A stretch of 64,000 nt of DNA, taken from Lepidodermella squamata. Lineage: Eukaryota > Animalia > Gastrotricha. The notes beneath the pieces were generated by a model that made no database searches, had not been told where the DNA came from, and saw only the letters and a program-made list of their open reading frames with translations. This document shows, piece by piece, positions 12,080-24,304 of the stretch (position 1 is the stretch's first letter; the number at the start of each line of letters is the position of its first letter). The translations under genes were made by a program, and so were the position numbers. Location: the NCBI GenBank assembly GCA_047495785.1, contig JBLDXI010000054.1, forward strand, positions 496,001-560,000. The letters run 5' to 3'.

Positions 12080-13081
12080 TCACCAAGGTAGACTCTCAGG
12101 ATCGCAATTTCGCTCATCAGCTCCGTTTTTGCACTGGACGTAGCCGTTGCAATCCGCAAACATTGGTAAGCACTGACCATCGCCACAGCTAAAGCCTCCG
12201 TTCGGGCAAACTCGAACGCTATTGCAGAAAGAAGGATCCTCATCTTCACCTAGAAGGCAATTCACAGCCCCATCGCAGAGCTGTTTTTCGAGTAAGCAAC
12301 TATTGCTCAAGTGACAATGAAATAGACCATGTTGAGAGCATTCGCTCATGGTACAGTTCGACTCATCGGCGTGATTTTGACAAGCCCCAGGCCGGCCGTT
12401 GCAGCGGTCAAGCATGTCGATGCATTGGCCATTGCCGCAATCGAACTGCCACGATTTGCAAGCTACAACAGTACAGTTGAATTCATCATCGCCCTCAGAG
12501 CAATCGATAAACCCATCACATCTCTAGAATTATAAAAAAAGCAGTTATTCGACGATAGTAAAAAACGAATCTACCTAATAGAAATGAATCTAGCTTACCT
12601 GTGACGAAAATAGGCATCTCGCTTCAGATTTGCATAGAAAATGCGCCTCAGACTGACAAGTCGTGCAATTCTTCTCATCAGATCCATCCCAACAGTCTCG
12701 GTTAACATTGCAGACATTTAGCTCGGGGAAACGAATGCACTGACCACTATTGCAGCGAAAATCGAGGTAATTGCATGTTTCGCAGTTCGCCTCATCTTCA
12801 GGCGGGCTGTCGTCATCATTCGAACCGCAATCGTTAACTCCATCGCAGCGCCAGTCAGCTATGCATCGCCGAGCTTTCACACAGTGGAAAGGCCCATCCC
12901 TAAAATCTGGGTTATTATTGCACAAATCACAATTGTCCTCATCTGTCTCTGGGAATGACGGACAGTCGACCTTCCCATTACATTTTTGCTGATCTTCAAA
13001 TACGTAACCATACATTTCACACCGCCAAATAGCGTTGCAGGTGCTAAAGAGTTGTAAAAGAAAAAGAGCCGCCGCAAACAT
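12080..13081 (-). CDS. Secreted protein made of seven LDL-receptor class A repeats; exons 13081-12599, 12523-12080
   Basis: Signal peptide MFAAALFLLQLFSTCNA; repeats with C..F.C..G.C...CDG..DC.DGSDE..C; intron 12598-12524 restores SSQ|RCDGFIDC. The start may lie in an upstream exon (donor near 13158). Confidence 0.88.
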
Positions 13082-14268
13082 GAGACAGGATATTGAAAGA
13101 AATATTGTTGCTGTAGGCACAAATTTAAATCTGCGGCTATTTATTTACTCAAACTTACCGAATCGATTCTCTACGAATTCGATACTAGCCAATGCAAAAC
13201 AAAGATCGTAACTGTTGAAAAATCTGAAGAGATAAACTCGAAAAATTCCGATTGGATTCTTTTTTCATTTTTCTTCCAAATTGCCTCTCTGGTTCATCTT
13301 TTGCAAGCTAAGAAGACAGCTATTTCATGTTTCCGAAATCTGTGACCTATTAAGTGGAACAAAGTCTGCATTGATGAACACAAAATCCATGACTTTTGCT
13401 CTCGTTGATGTAGTTTTCCCTCAACTACGCTGAGTTGAAAACAAAAAAATTTAAGCGCGTCGGCGAATGAGGAACGTGAATAAATTATCCTGTAGCGTAT
13501 GGATAAGCCGCATGGTCAGCGCACGGTCAGAGCGCAAATCTATGGTCTGTACAGCAATGTTATTTTCTGGTGCTTCGAGAGCTTCATGAAAACGTATTTT
13601 GCTAGGACTGCTCAGCCTTGAACGAGTTGCAGCTACCTTAAGGTTTCCATCTTCCTTTTTACTCGCTGTGACACTGTCGATAATTGCTGCCTTTTCATTG
13701 ATTAATCAGATATTTGTTTCCATAGCTTGAGGATCGTTCTCAATGACGATTCAGTACATTTGAGGTAGCAACTCAAAGCTAGAGCTTCTTTTTTAGTGCG
13801 TATGTTAAGTACCTTCTACTTTTCATAACTTGTAAAGGCGTCAATAGGGAATTAGTGAGGCGTGAGTTCTGTTTTGCCGCGTAAATGATACCTGCGGTCA
13901 AAACTCGTCTGGAAATTTTCTGAATAGAGTTTTGGAGTACTTGTATCATAACATTCCTTTTCTAAGATTTTACTGCCACTACAAGACTGCGCACTGCTTA
14001 ATATTTTTTCAAACCCTGGATTGAATGCGCAGCGAAAAAACTAGTGAGACAATACAAGATAAATAGACCTAAGCAAGTATAATTCCTTTCAAATTGAATA
14101 TTGACTCAGCTCAGTCAACTTCATCTAGTCTTCTTATACCTTATTCAAATATATACATATATCGTGCAAAAATCGATTTAATATATAGTCCTTTTCCCGT
14201 CAAGTTCTGATCGCATTCTCATATATGTTAACTAGTCTAATCAATTTAGGCTTGCTTTTGACTTCGCA

Positions 14269-16083
14269 ATGGCTTCAACCACAGCGGCTCCGTCGTGGTT
14301 CTCGAATTTGAGCGAAGAATTCTACCGCAATGTTGTAATCGCAGCTGTATTCAGCATCCCTGCCTTCCTCATCCTCGCCTTCATCATCATCGTGTGCTGC
14401 TGCAAGGCTAAGAAAAAGCAGGCGCAACCCATTCTTCCAGTCCATAAAAACGACCTGAAACAGCCGTTGATCGAGCCGTTCCGTAACGAGTCCTGCCTGG
14501 AACGCATGGCGAATAGGAAACCGGTGGATATCGAGCCGAAAATCGAGCCGGTTGTTGTAATGAGAAATCAACAAACCGCCGCGCCGCCTAGGCCGAAATT
14601 TGTACCGAAGCTTGTACCGAAATTCAGCGAGTTGGACTTGAATACCATCGAACTGCTGGACGAGATAGGCCAGGGTGCATTCAGCGTGGTCTATAAGGCT
14701 AGGCTTAACAAGGACCAAGTCGTACACGATGAGAATAACTCAGCTCTAAATTTGCCATTAATCGCTGTTAAATCGGCTAAACATGAAGATGAGAAGTTGG
14801 AGGACAATCGCAAGGCTATGGAGAAGGAGCTGCATGCTATGGCTTCCATTGAACATTCCCACGATTTCGTTTTGAAACTCGTTGGCGCTGTTACGAAGTC
14901 ACCGGTCTGTTTCTACCTGGCAACGGAATATTGCGAGGGCGGCACGCTGTTGGATTTTCTGAGGGACCAGCGTGAAAACGGCATTGAACTAGCCGACCAG
15001 ATTTTCACGAGTGCCATGGCCAAGGGGGTTCAGCCTAAGCTTACCCGGGGTGATTTGATTGTGTTGGGAGGCAAGGTAGCTGTTGGTATGAAATTTTTGC
15101 ACGACCGGAAGTGCCTGCATATCGATTTATCGGCTCGCCATGTTTTGCTAACGGCAAATCGAACCCCGAAAATTGCCGGTTTTGGACTGTACCGCAGGAG
15201 CAAATATCCTAATGAATTCGTAAGCCTTTTCATAGATCATAGAGCAAAGAGCAAATGAAAGACAATTGGCAAAAGATCTCTGGTGAATAATTTGTAGGAA
15301 AATATCCAATTATTTCCATTTGGGGAGGTCATTTTAAGGTTTAAGTTAGGTCAAGGTTTCCTGCAGCAAAAGGACTCACACGCCCAGAATATTTGGGAAC
15401 GGTCAAAAGTCGAAAGAATAGCAGAACAGAAATTCTCCCATGCTTTATGATTTTTCCGACACTGAACCTCTCAGTTTTAGGATTGAAGGCTCTATTTAAG
15501 AAAAAATTGTTGAGAAAAAAGGTTCAGAAAAATTCTGTAAAATTAAAATAAAAGTGGAATAACTAAACACTAAACTTTTAATCCTAAGCTACCTTTTTCC
15601 GCTTTCTGAATCTTCGATTCAAGCTTTATGAAACATTTGTCATTTCGCTTATTCTAGGTCAAAATTCCGCCCAAACCCTGGCAATGGTCTGCTCCCGAAG
15701 TTTTGTCCCAGCTAAACCCCTACTTCCACCAAGGCGCTGACGTTTGGTCCTTCGGCGTGCTGCTCTGGGAAATCTTCAGCCTAGGCGAAGTGCCCTACGC
15801 CGAACAGGGCGACGAACTTACCGATGAATTCATCAACGACCTGCGTCATGGGGAGCGCCGCCTCGCAAAACCCGAACTGGCCTCTGAAGCGATCTACGCC
15901 GTTATGTCATCATGCTGGAACAACATTTCATTCGATAGACCTAACTTTAGCCAACTCGCTAAAGACCTGGCCGCCCTGTGTGCCCCAGTTATCGAGCCGA
16001 TAGAAACTATCAAAGCCCAAATAGCCGAGACAAACCACCAAGAAGTCACGCAAGTCGATGAAACCTCTGAAAACACAAATTAA
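14269..16083 (+). CDS. Receptor tyrosine kinase-like probable pseudokinase, single TM, ~20-aa ectodomain; exons 14269-15219, 15658-16083
   Basis: TM VVIAAVFSIPAFLILAFIIIVCCC; GQGAFS, AVK, HIDLSARH, AGFG, PWQWSAPE, DVWSFGVLLWEIFSLGEVPY, CW...RPNF (tyrosine-kinase signature). Confidence 0.88.
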
Positions 16084-16426
16084 CAGCCTATTTATTTCGA
16101 GAATCAAGTCGCGTAATTTTCGGCGGATATTTCAGTTGTAATATCTGCGCTGTAATATTCTTGTGACGACTTGAATTTTGACCTGAGAATAAAGGATTAA
16201 TGCGGTGATTCATTTGTTGTAGCAATTAAGTTTCGTGTACTAGGGGCGAAGACACGTGTACCCCGTGATGTATATAGCGATGGAGCAGAAAACACGTGCC
16301 GGCGCTGTCTTCATTATATAGTATACCACGAATGAACGCAACGACCTCGAAGAGCCTACCAATGTTTACCCGAAGGCAATGTGACGATGGTAACTCGTCT
16401 CGAGTTGCTAACCCACTCACGTTTTC

Positions 16427-19400
16427 ATGAGAATGCTGCGAACTTTAGATTTAACTGTATTTTTAGCGGCGCTGCATTCCAGCTGGGCTCAAGTCACTAC
16501 AGTCCTGCCTAATACGACTGTCCCAACTCGTTATCCCACGATTCAAATAACTGCCATGCCTACAGCACCACCGACTACAACGAGACGAGGTTGGGCGTTG
16601 CCGTGTATGGTTCCGACGATATTGCATGGTATGATCACTTGGAGAGGCGAGGAAGTGCCGGGGGAACGGACTGTTCCACCTGGAAGTATTGTATCCCTGG
16701 TTTGCGAGGAGGGCTATTTTGTCGCGGGTGGTGCGAATCGAAGTGCATGCTTGGAGATTGGTTGGGAGCCGGATATTGGCTACTGTAAGGCTGTGGCTGA
16801 TGACGTATCTGAGTGCGGCTTTCGCAGTTCGTGGTTCAGTACTTCGGATACTGAGAATAAGGACAACGAAGCTGTGCCTGGAGAATTTCCGTGGCTGGTG
16901 AGTGATAGTTTATTTTCCTAACAGCTTACTTACTATTATCGATAAACGATTAACATCTATATTAAAGCGTGTCCCAAATAAATTCACCACTGTTAGTTTT
17001 ATTTGCCAGTTTTTCCTAAAATTGAACCGAAGAAAAGAATATTTTAGTATTAGATATTTTAGAAATTTTATTTTTACAGGTGTTTTGCATCACGTAAAAT
17101 CGATTTTGGGAATCATTAGCTTTTTGTAGAATTCAATTTGTTTATAGATTTCTATGAAATAAGTTCCTAAGCCTGAAACTTGAATCAGGCAAAGTGTACT
17201 TATTGCAAATTTTAATGAGGCAAACTAGAGCCCAGGAGCGTAACCAGAAATTTGTTTTGGTAGTTGTTATGGATTTGAGAGTGAAATTTGCATTTTCTCC
17301 AGGGTTATATATAGTCGAAAAATGACGATATTCAGTAGGAAGTATTGTAAATATCGGCATTTCGAGCGAAGCGAGAACATTTTTGGCAATTTCGCAAATA
17401 TTTCCACCATTTTTAAGCAATTGTAGCCATTTTCTAGGGAAAATAGGCCGAAGAGGGGTTTTTGATTTTTGATTTTGGTAGTTGTTTGAATAACCAAAAC
17501 AACCAGCTGGTTACGCCACTGCTAGAGCCTAGAGCAGCTCATTGATCTGAGGTCACTTTTATCATTTGTACATCCATAATTTCTGTACCACAGGCAAGGT
17601 TAGAAGTCGAGTTCGTCAGCACCTTCGGCACCTCGGTATGCGGTGCCAGTCTCATCGCTCGAAATTGGATGCTCACATCAGCTCGATGCTTATCAAAAGG
17701 ACCCATAAGCGGGTAAGCCACACGCAGCCTTTCAAGCAAACAGATATTGACCGTTCATTCTAGGATTGCTATAACTCTAGGACAGACGAAGTTCAATGCA
17801 TTCATCGAGTCCGACATCCGAAAGCGAAACGCTAGCCGCGATTCGATATCAATCATCTACCATCCTTGGTATCAACAGAAACCAGACGGAACCTACGCTT
17901 ACGATTTCGCCCTTATCAAACTTCAAACTTACGCGAAATTAGGCACTTACGTTCGAACTATATGCCTGCCAGACTATCCCGAAGATATGTGCCCGAGAAA
18001 TGCTGATCTTGGCATGTCAGATCCTTTTTTCGACAACTGCACAGATTTCTACTCAGCTGGTTGGGGATCCACAGAAGGTACGACTTCAGTGTTCATTTGA
18101 CAATTTCGAAGATTTCGATTTTTGTAATATAGCTTCGATTCCATTGACTTCAGTAAACATAAGGAAAGTTAGATCGGTATTGATTCCACCCGAAACCTGT
18201 CCAGTCAAACTTAACGTATCGGAATCTGCAGGATTTTGCGCGAAAGCTACGAAACCAGACGTTTGCTTTGCAAGCCCTGGAATTCCAATGATGTGCGCGA
18301 AGAATAACCGCTTTTTCCTCGTCGGAGTTTTCTCCTACAATCCAAGCTTCGAATGTGGTAGGATGGTTGGCAGTCAGCCTGATATCTACTACCGATCTTG
18401 TGAGGTCATCTATTGGATCAGAGTGACTATAGGCGATATGTTGCCTACAACTACAACACCGAGGCGGCCAACAGTTACCCCAAGGCTTCGAACCACAGTT
18501 TCACCGCCTCTTACTCAATCAACATTGAGACAAATAACGATGACAGCATCTTTGAAGGTCCCGAGATTCATTGCTGGGCTTGGAGAGGCAGCGGCGTCTG
18601 GGAATTTGTCTAGAATCAAGCTCTATGTGAATTTAGGGGCGGATGTTAACGCAATCGGTTACCCAGATACGTACTACCCTAACCACTGTGGTTGGGACTG
18701 GCATTGGCCCAACGCTTCTGCCTTAGTCTGGGCTTCGGGCTGCAATCGAAGTACCGAGGTTCTGACAGAGCTATTAAATTGCGGTGCTGATATCAATCAC
18801 AAGGACTACTATGGTATGAATGCGCTAGTCGCAGCAGCTTATCATGGTAATGAGGAGAATGTGAAGCTACTTCTGGACCGAGGGGCGAATATTAATATCA
18901 AGAATCACGCGGGTGACTCTGCTCTGATCCAAGCTGCCTTCTTCGGCTACGTTCCAGTCGTCAAGCTACTTTTGGCCCGAGGAGCCAATGCTTCGGATAG
19001 AAACAACCTAGGGGAGACACCACTGATACAGGTTCGAAAAACATCTTTCAACATTTTCAACAATTTTGAGAAAAATTACGATCGGTTATCCGACTCAGTC
19101 CAGCGTTTAGCGGGAAATCGAGCCGATTTGAGCCCAAAATTCACAAATCATGAGGGTCCGACATCTTCTATCATAAAATTTGAAAGTTTTCGAACGCCAA
19201 GGGGTTGGGGGAGAGGGGTTGTTTCCCCTTCTTACAGTACTCAGACATGGGGAAACTGGTTACCAGGTGGAAATTTTTAAATTAATTGCTATTCGATTTC
19301 AAGGATGAGGATGGTGAAGCTTTGAAAAATCGGGATCTACAATTCTGAATTCAATCCAAATTTGCAGTTTTCTTTTCAACCTTCAATAAGAACTCTCGAA

Positions 19401-19761
19401 TTCATTTTTTCACGATTGATTATTCATCTTTTAGGCTGCTTCGAATAATAGGCTGGAAGCTGCTCGGGTTATAATAACTGATGGAAAGGCCGATGTGCGT
19501 ACAAGGACTCTTGACGGGGTAACTGCATTGATGCGAGCTTCGGCCAACGGCTACACCGAGATGGTGAATCTATTAATGGAGTACGGAGCTGATCTCGAGG
19601 CTAAAGAGGAAATCAACGACTGGACCGCTCTGATGTTCGCTGCTCGGAATAACAAGAATGACACAATCCAAGCTTTGATATCAAAAGGTGCCAATAGAGC
19701 AGGCTGCCCTCACGAGTTGTGCCAAGTGTGCAGGGGATGTCAAGGGTTTTACAGGCCATAA
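16427..19761 (+). CDS. Secreted Sushi/CCP - inactive trypsin-like - Thr/Pro linker - ankyrin-repeat protein; exons 16427-16897, 17594-17712, 17764-18077, 18133-19031, 19435-19761
   Basis: Signal peptide; CCP cysteines and W; PGEFPWL, CGASLIARNWMLTSARC, YDFALIKL, ICLP, AGWG, CFASPGIP; ankyrin motifs (GADIN, GMNALVAAAYHG, GETPLIQAA, TALMFAA). All junctions GT-AG and in frame. Confidence 0.85.
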
Positions 19762-19905
19762 ATTTGCAATGTTTTTCTAATAAAAATAATTTGCCTGGGC
19801 TCCTAGTTCTGATGTGAAGAAGCACTGCGAATAAGGAGTGCGCAGAGAACGCGCACTGTTTTTGTTAGTTTTTATGTTGATGACACTATGATATATGTGT
19901 GGCGG

Positions 19906-19968
19906 TAAATTCTAAATTCTAAATTCAAATATTTATTGTTCATTGATATGGGAGACAAAATAAGTAAA
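19906..19968 (-). mobile_element. Extremely 5'-truncated 3' tail of the LINE found at 45.6 and 56.1 kb
   Basis: Reverse complement TTTACTTATTTTGTCTCCCATATCAATGAACAATAAATATTTGAATTTAGAATTTAGAATTTA matches 48422-48484. Confidence 0.9.
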
Positions 19969-19981
19969 TAGATTTGTAAGT

Positions 19982-22278
19982 ATGGCAAAACAGCTGCGTG
20001 GCTTCGAACCTTGGCAGCTCGAAATATTATGCGACCACTTGGAAGAGTGGCAAAAGCGGAAATTCACTGATACAATGCAACGAAGAAAGGAGCTGAGAAA
20101 GCAGAGCTGTGTCCTTCAAAGGCAAAAGGCAAAAGACCAATACCGAGACCAATACAAATACAAGATCAAGGACAGCGGCTCCTGTCTTAAGACTTGTATT
20201 GGTCTTGGCCTTTATTTTTGGGTGGTCTTCCCATAGCCTTGAAGACCTGCGTGAAAATGGACACGCACGTGCTGAGCGGCATTAAGGCGCGCTGTGTACG
20301 CTATCGCGAACATCGCCATTGAACCAATAGCATTTCGTTATACGTTATAGTTACATGTCAGGGGTGGTTTTAGGCGCGCGAAGTTATCAGCCAATAGAAA
20401 AGCGACTACAATTTTAGACGCTCGCATCAGATTTGTGCAACCAATAGCGCTAGGACAATATACATAAACATTGTAAACATTAATTATTAGCCAATGTTTA
20501 CAGCTACAATTATAGAGAAGAACTGTTCAGATGCGCAACCAATAGCAATGCGTTTACCATTATAAGCTGAAATAGGGGCGAGCGCATTAAAGCTGCTCTC
20601 CAATTTGCCAACTACATATTAGGCGGAGACAAGATACAACTATAATCATTCTCCTAAAATGAGAGCAATACACTTAAAAAATGGGAAGTTAAGGTAATAC
20701 TGAAATTGAAAAATAATATGTTAAAATTAATACGAATTGTCATTTTTGACATTTAAACTACAACATCCATCGTCAGATGACCTGGAACTAGCAGTTAAAA
20801 CAAACATACATTTTAACCATTCTTTAGTCATATGCATATGCAAATGATTTACGCGGTTTAGATCAACCTCACTTTTTGGGGTGGTTTTCTGTTTTTTTGT
20901 CTAATAATCAATATTTATGAGTTTACCAACTATGTACGCGAGCAGTTCCAGTAAAATCTATCATAGTATTCAGATATTGTAAAGGTAATTGAAGTGTCAT
21001 GTGTTTAAGTGATGAAATTGTTTCTGTAACGTGAAGGTCTGGTCTTTGGTATTGGCCTTGGTCTCTCAAAATTCGGTATGCCTTGAAAGGGCCTTGGTAT
21101 TTGCATCAAAATAATTGTCCTGTCCTTGGTCTTGGTCTTTCGCAAAAATAATTTGAAGGACACACCTCTGTGAGAAAGTTCACCAATCTACTGTCGAAGA
21201 AAATAAACGAACGCGAGGCTCGGATTCGAACATGGTTCGATCACAAAATGGCGTCGAATGTATCCGAAGTAAGGGCAAAGAAACAGATTTTGCTTTCAAC
21301 AGCTCAATTCAACATTCTGCATGAGTGGTTTATGGGGAATCCTTATCCAAGTAAAGAAGAACGAGCGAAAATGTCAGCGAAAACTGGCTTGACTGTCTCT
21401 AAAATTGAACGCTGGCTGTGTTATCAACGTGAGTTAAGCAAACCACCTAACCGCCGGAAAAAGCAGAGATTCATTTTCACGCAAGAAAATCGCGATCTGT
21501 TGGAGAATGTAAGGAATGCAAATGCATCTATCAATTATGAAATGTTTTTTCTTTTCAGGAGTTCAAAGTGAACATCGCGCCGAATTCCCTTCGAAAAACT
21601 GAGCTAGCTGAAATAATTGGTTGTCCCAGAAGTTATGTTGTGGGATGGTTCAAGAGAAAACGAAAACAAACTGGAACTAAGCTGAAGAATTACGAGGCTT
21701 ATGATAAGGTATAACTTGTTTAATTCTGAAATCTTGAGCTTTGATCGTTGTTATTTTCTAAGATAAGTCTTATCAATGAGAGTGACGCCGATAAATTTCA
21801 AAAGGGAAGGTCATTCGAGCCTTGGCAGCTTGAGATTCTGAAAGAAGAACTTGCGAAGCCAACAAGACTCCACGCAAACCGTATTCTGGACATCGCTTCG
21901 AAGCTGGGAACAACCCCTCGCCGAGTTAGGCACTGGATGATGAGAAGGTGCGCTGGCAGCGCGAGAAAAAGTCTCGACCGCGTTAAACCTGTTATACCTG
22001 GTATCCAGAAGTTAACGCCTTCGCAACACTCAGCACTGAAACTCGTACTTGACAGAAATCGCTTCCCAACTAATGATGAAATCCAACAACTTGCTAGTAG
22101 CACGGGGCTTCCCTTTAAACGAGTCCGGCAATGGTTCCACACTCATCGTTACGACAAGCGGCTCGAGAAACAGCTAAATGTGATGGTGGCTTTGGACAAT
22201 GAAATATCCCACATAGCTTCACAGTTCGGTCTTCCAGAACCTGAGTTGTGCAAGATCTTCAATGAGCTTAGTTCTTAA
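19982..22278 (+). pseudogene. Multi-homeodomain (5 divergent HDs) transcription-factor gene interrupted in exon 1 by a hAT element
   Basis: Removing 20102-21178 gives ...KELRK|FTNLLSKK...RIRTWF in frame; introns 21509-21558 and 21709-21762; helix-3 motifs WFDH, WLCY, WFKR, WMMR, WFHT. Confidence 0.8.
20102..21170. mobile_element. Non-autonomous hAT-type DNA transposon (1069 bp)
   Basis: 19-bp TIR CAGAG(C/G)TGTGTCCTTCAAA; perfect 8-bp TSD TGAGAAAG at 20094-20101 and 21171-21178; subterminal GACCAA/TTGGTC repeats. Confidence 0.92.
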
Positions 22279-23163
22279 TCTAACGGCGAGATAATATCAC
22301 ACATAATAGATCTTTATCAGTGTCCTCTTGCTAACAATCACGAGGAAATACTCAGAATAACTCAATAAAGGCTATTGAAAAAAGAGGTTTGTGGACGTTT
22401 CGAACTCTGCCCTGGTTATCGGAACCCTGGTTTTCGGTGCCGTCCCGGATGGCCCGAACATTTATGCATAAGGTAAAACCGGCACCAATATTCGATTTCA
22501 GGCTGAGGGATATTAAACATAGAGCATGCACAGCACATTGCTATCCTGTCATCGCCGTTTCGCGCCCACTCTGCCCAGGGTTTTTTTATTTGTAACTTGT
22601 CAATCATGAAGGATCAACAATTTTTCATTAAAGATGTGCGTCAGCTTGGTTAGTGTGAATCTAAATATCCGGTGTACATGCAACTTTGAGTATGCAGTAA
22701 TTTTTTGAAAATAATTATAATATACAAGTTTATTGCTATTGATATCTGAATCTTGTTGAGTATAGAAAAAGGTTAGCTGCAAAATGACAGAAACACGATC
22801 ACAACTAATCTGTTGAGTATAATTCAATAATTCAATAATATTCCTGAAGCAAGAACGAAACCACGGTAGATATGCTAATATGGGCACAGCGTTAAAACAG
22901 CATTTCGCAGAATAGCCCATGCGACAAAACAGCGAAAAGTTACTAAAGATGCATCGTGTTATAGTGCTGTTGTGTCGCAAGAGGAAAAATCCGCTGCTCT
23001 GTCGCTTTTTCCGTTTGGGCATTTGCTGTTATGACGGTCTGTCGTGTTATGAGAAAGCGACTAAGCCCGATTATTCTATTGGTATTCTACATCAGAGATC
23101 AGAAAGGGCACTATGTAGTATTGAGTTTGGAGTGCCTATCTAAGAACTGGTTTTAAAGGAATG

Positions 23164-24179
23164 TCATGGGCGTACGATATTGAAATCAGCGCAGAAATCG
23201 TAGCATTTATTGTCTCGAATACAGCCGCATTTACGTGCTGGTCGGTAAACAAGATAGGTGTATTCAAAAATAGGTGGTAATGATCAACTTACCGAATTCG
23301 CACCTCGGTGGCCTGTAGGGCGGGACGCAAGTGCATTTATTCGGAGCAGTGCAACTTCCACCGTTCAAGCAAGGGTCGGAACATGTTGCTAGAAAGATAG
23401 GAAATATTTCAAACAAATAATGAAAAATCGGAAATACAAACGTGTTTGGCACGTCTCACCCGTGTAACCAGGTTGACAGGTGCAATTGTAGTTCGAGAGA
23501 CTAGTCATCGAAGCGGTGCAAGTATTTTGTGCGCAGGTGGGAGCACATGTAATACCTTGTAATGTACAGGTTCATCGAATTTATAGTACAATTACATTAG
23601 GATATTACTGTTAATGAGCTTGCACTGATCTCGCAGCGTTATGAGTTGGAAATTGTCGAGTGGCTTTTGGAAAAAAGAGAAACAAGCAACGCTCACTGGG
23701 CCAGCGTTACCTAGCATGAATCGGCTAACATTGAAAAGTAAGTTATAGACGCTATCCAATAGAAGCCATCGACTTACCGCGTCGCTGGCATATTCGGTGA
23801 GTTGATTGGTACGTTAAATCCAACAAAATATTTACCAGTGCAGAAAATAATCGAAGAGTTTGTAACACTGCTGTAAGACACAGCCAAGAACTGCCACGTT
23901 GTCACTGGGCAAGGTATTGTCACTCCTTGTGCCAGTCCTGTTGTACTACCCTCTCCGTAGCATTTGATGTAAGATGCATCGATTTGCAAACAACCTGCTC
24001 CCTTAAAGGTGCTGCTAAACTCGAAAAGTTGGCAGTTGTTATTCCTGCACGATGATTTAATCCATACACCGACTGTCCACGAGGAATATCCGTTGAATGT
24101 GCCATTGGAAACGTATACGTTGCTAGAATTGTCCAGTTGATTCGTGGCTTTGGCGCCAGCAATCGAATCACCGAATGGG
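23164..24179 (-). pseudogene. LamG-like/EGF family copy A, 5'-truncated (partial LamG, 2 EGF, Cys-rich tail)
   Basis: PFGDSIAGAKA...SWTVGVWIKSSC...WQFLAVSY exon, VACFSFF exon, two EGF exons, last exon ARKCGCIRDNKCYDFCADFNIVRP*. The 5' end is replaced by a LINE fragment. Confidence 0.82.
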
Positions 24180-24181
24180 CT

Positions 24182-24304
24182 GAAAATGTAGGAGCTGCCT
24201 TCTTCTTCTTCTTCCCGCCTTTACTGCCGGCCATCGTAAGAAGTAGGTAAGTAAGTGTACCGCTGCAGTAGCGCAAGCAGGAACACAAATACGCGTAAAA
24301 ACCT
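24182..24304 (-). mobile_element. 5' UTR and ORF1 start fragment of the Jockey/I-type LINE
   Basis: Near-identical to 56131-56254, encodes MAGSKGGKKKKKAAPT. Confidence 0.9.

Noticed and set aside
20102-21178. hAT element spliced out cleanly as an intron
   Set aside because: No GT donor at the left boundary; no frame-restoring splice pair found by eye.
23920-24234. In-frame LINE ORF1-LamG fusion protein
   Set aside because: The LINE ATG frame differs from the LamG frame and stops at 23920.
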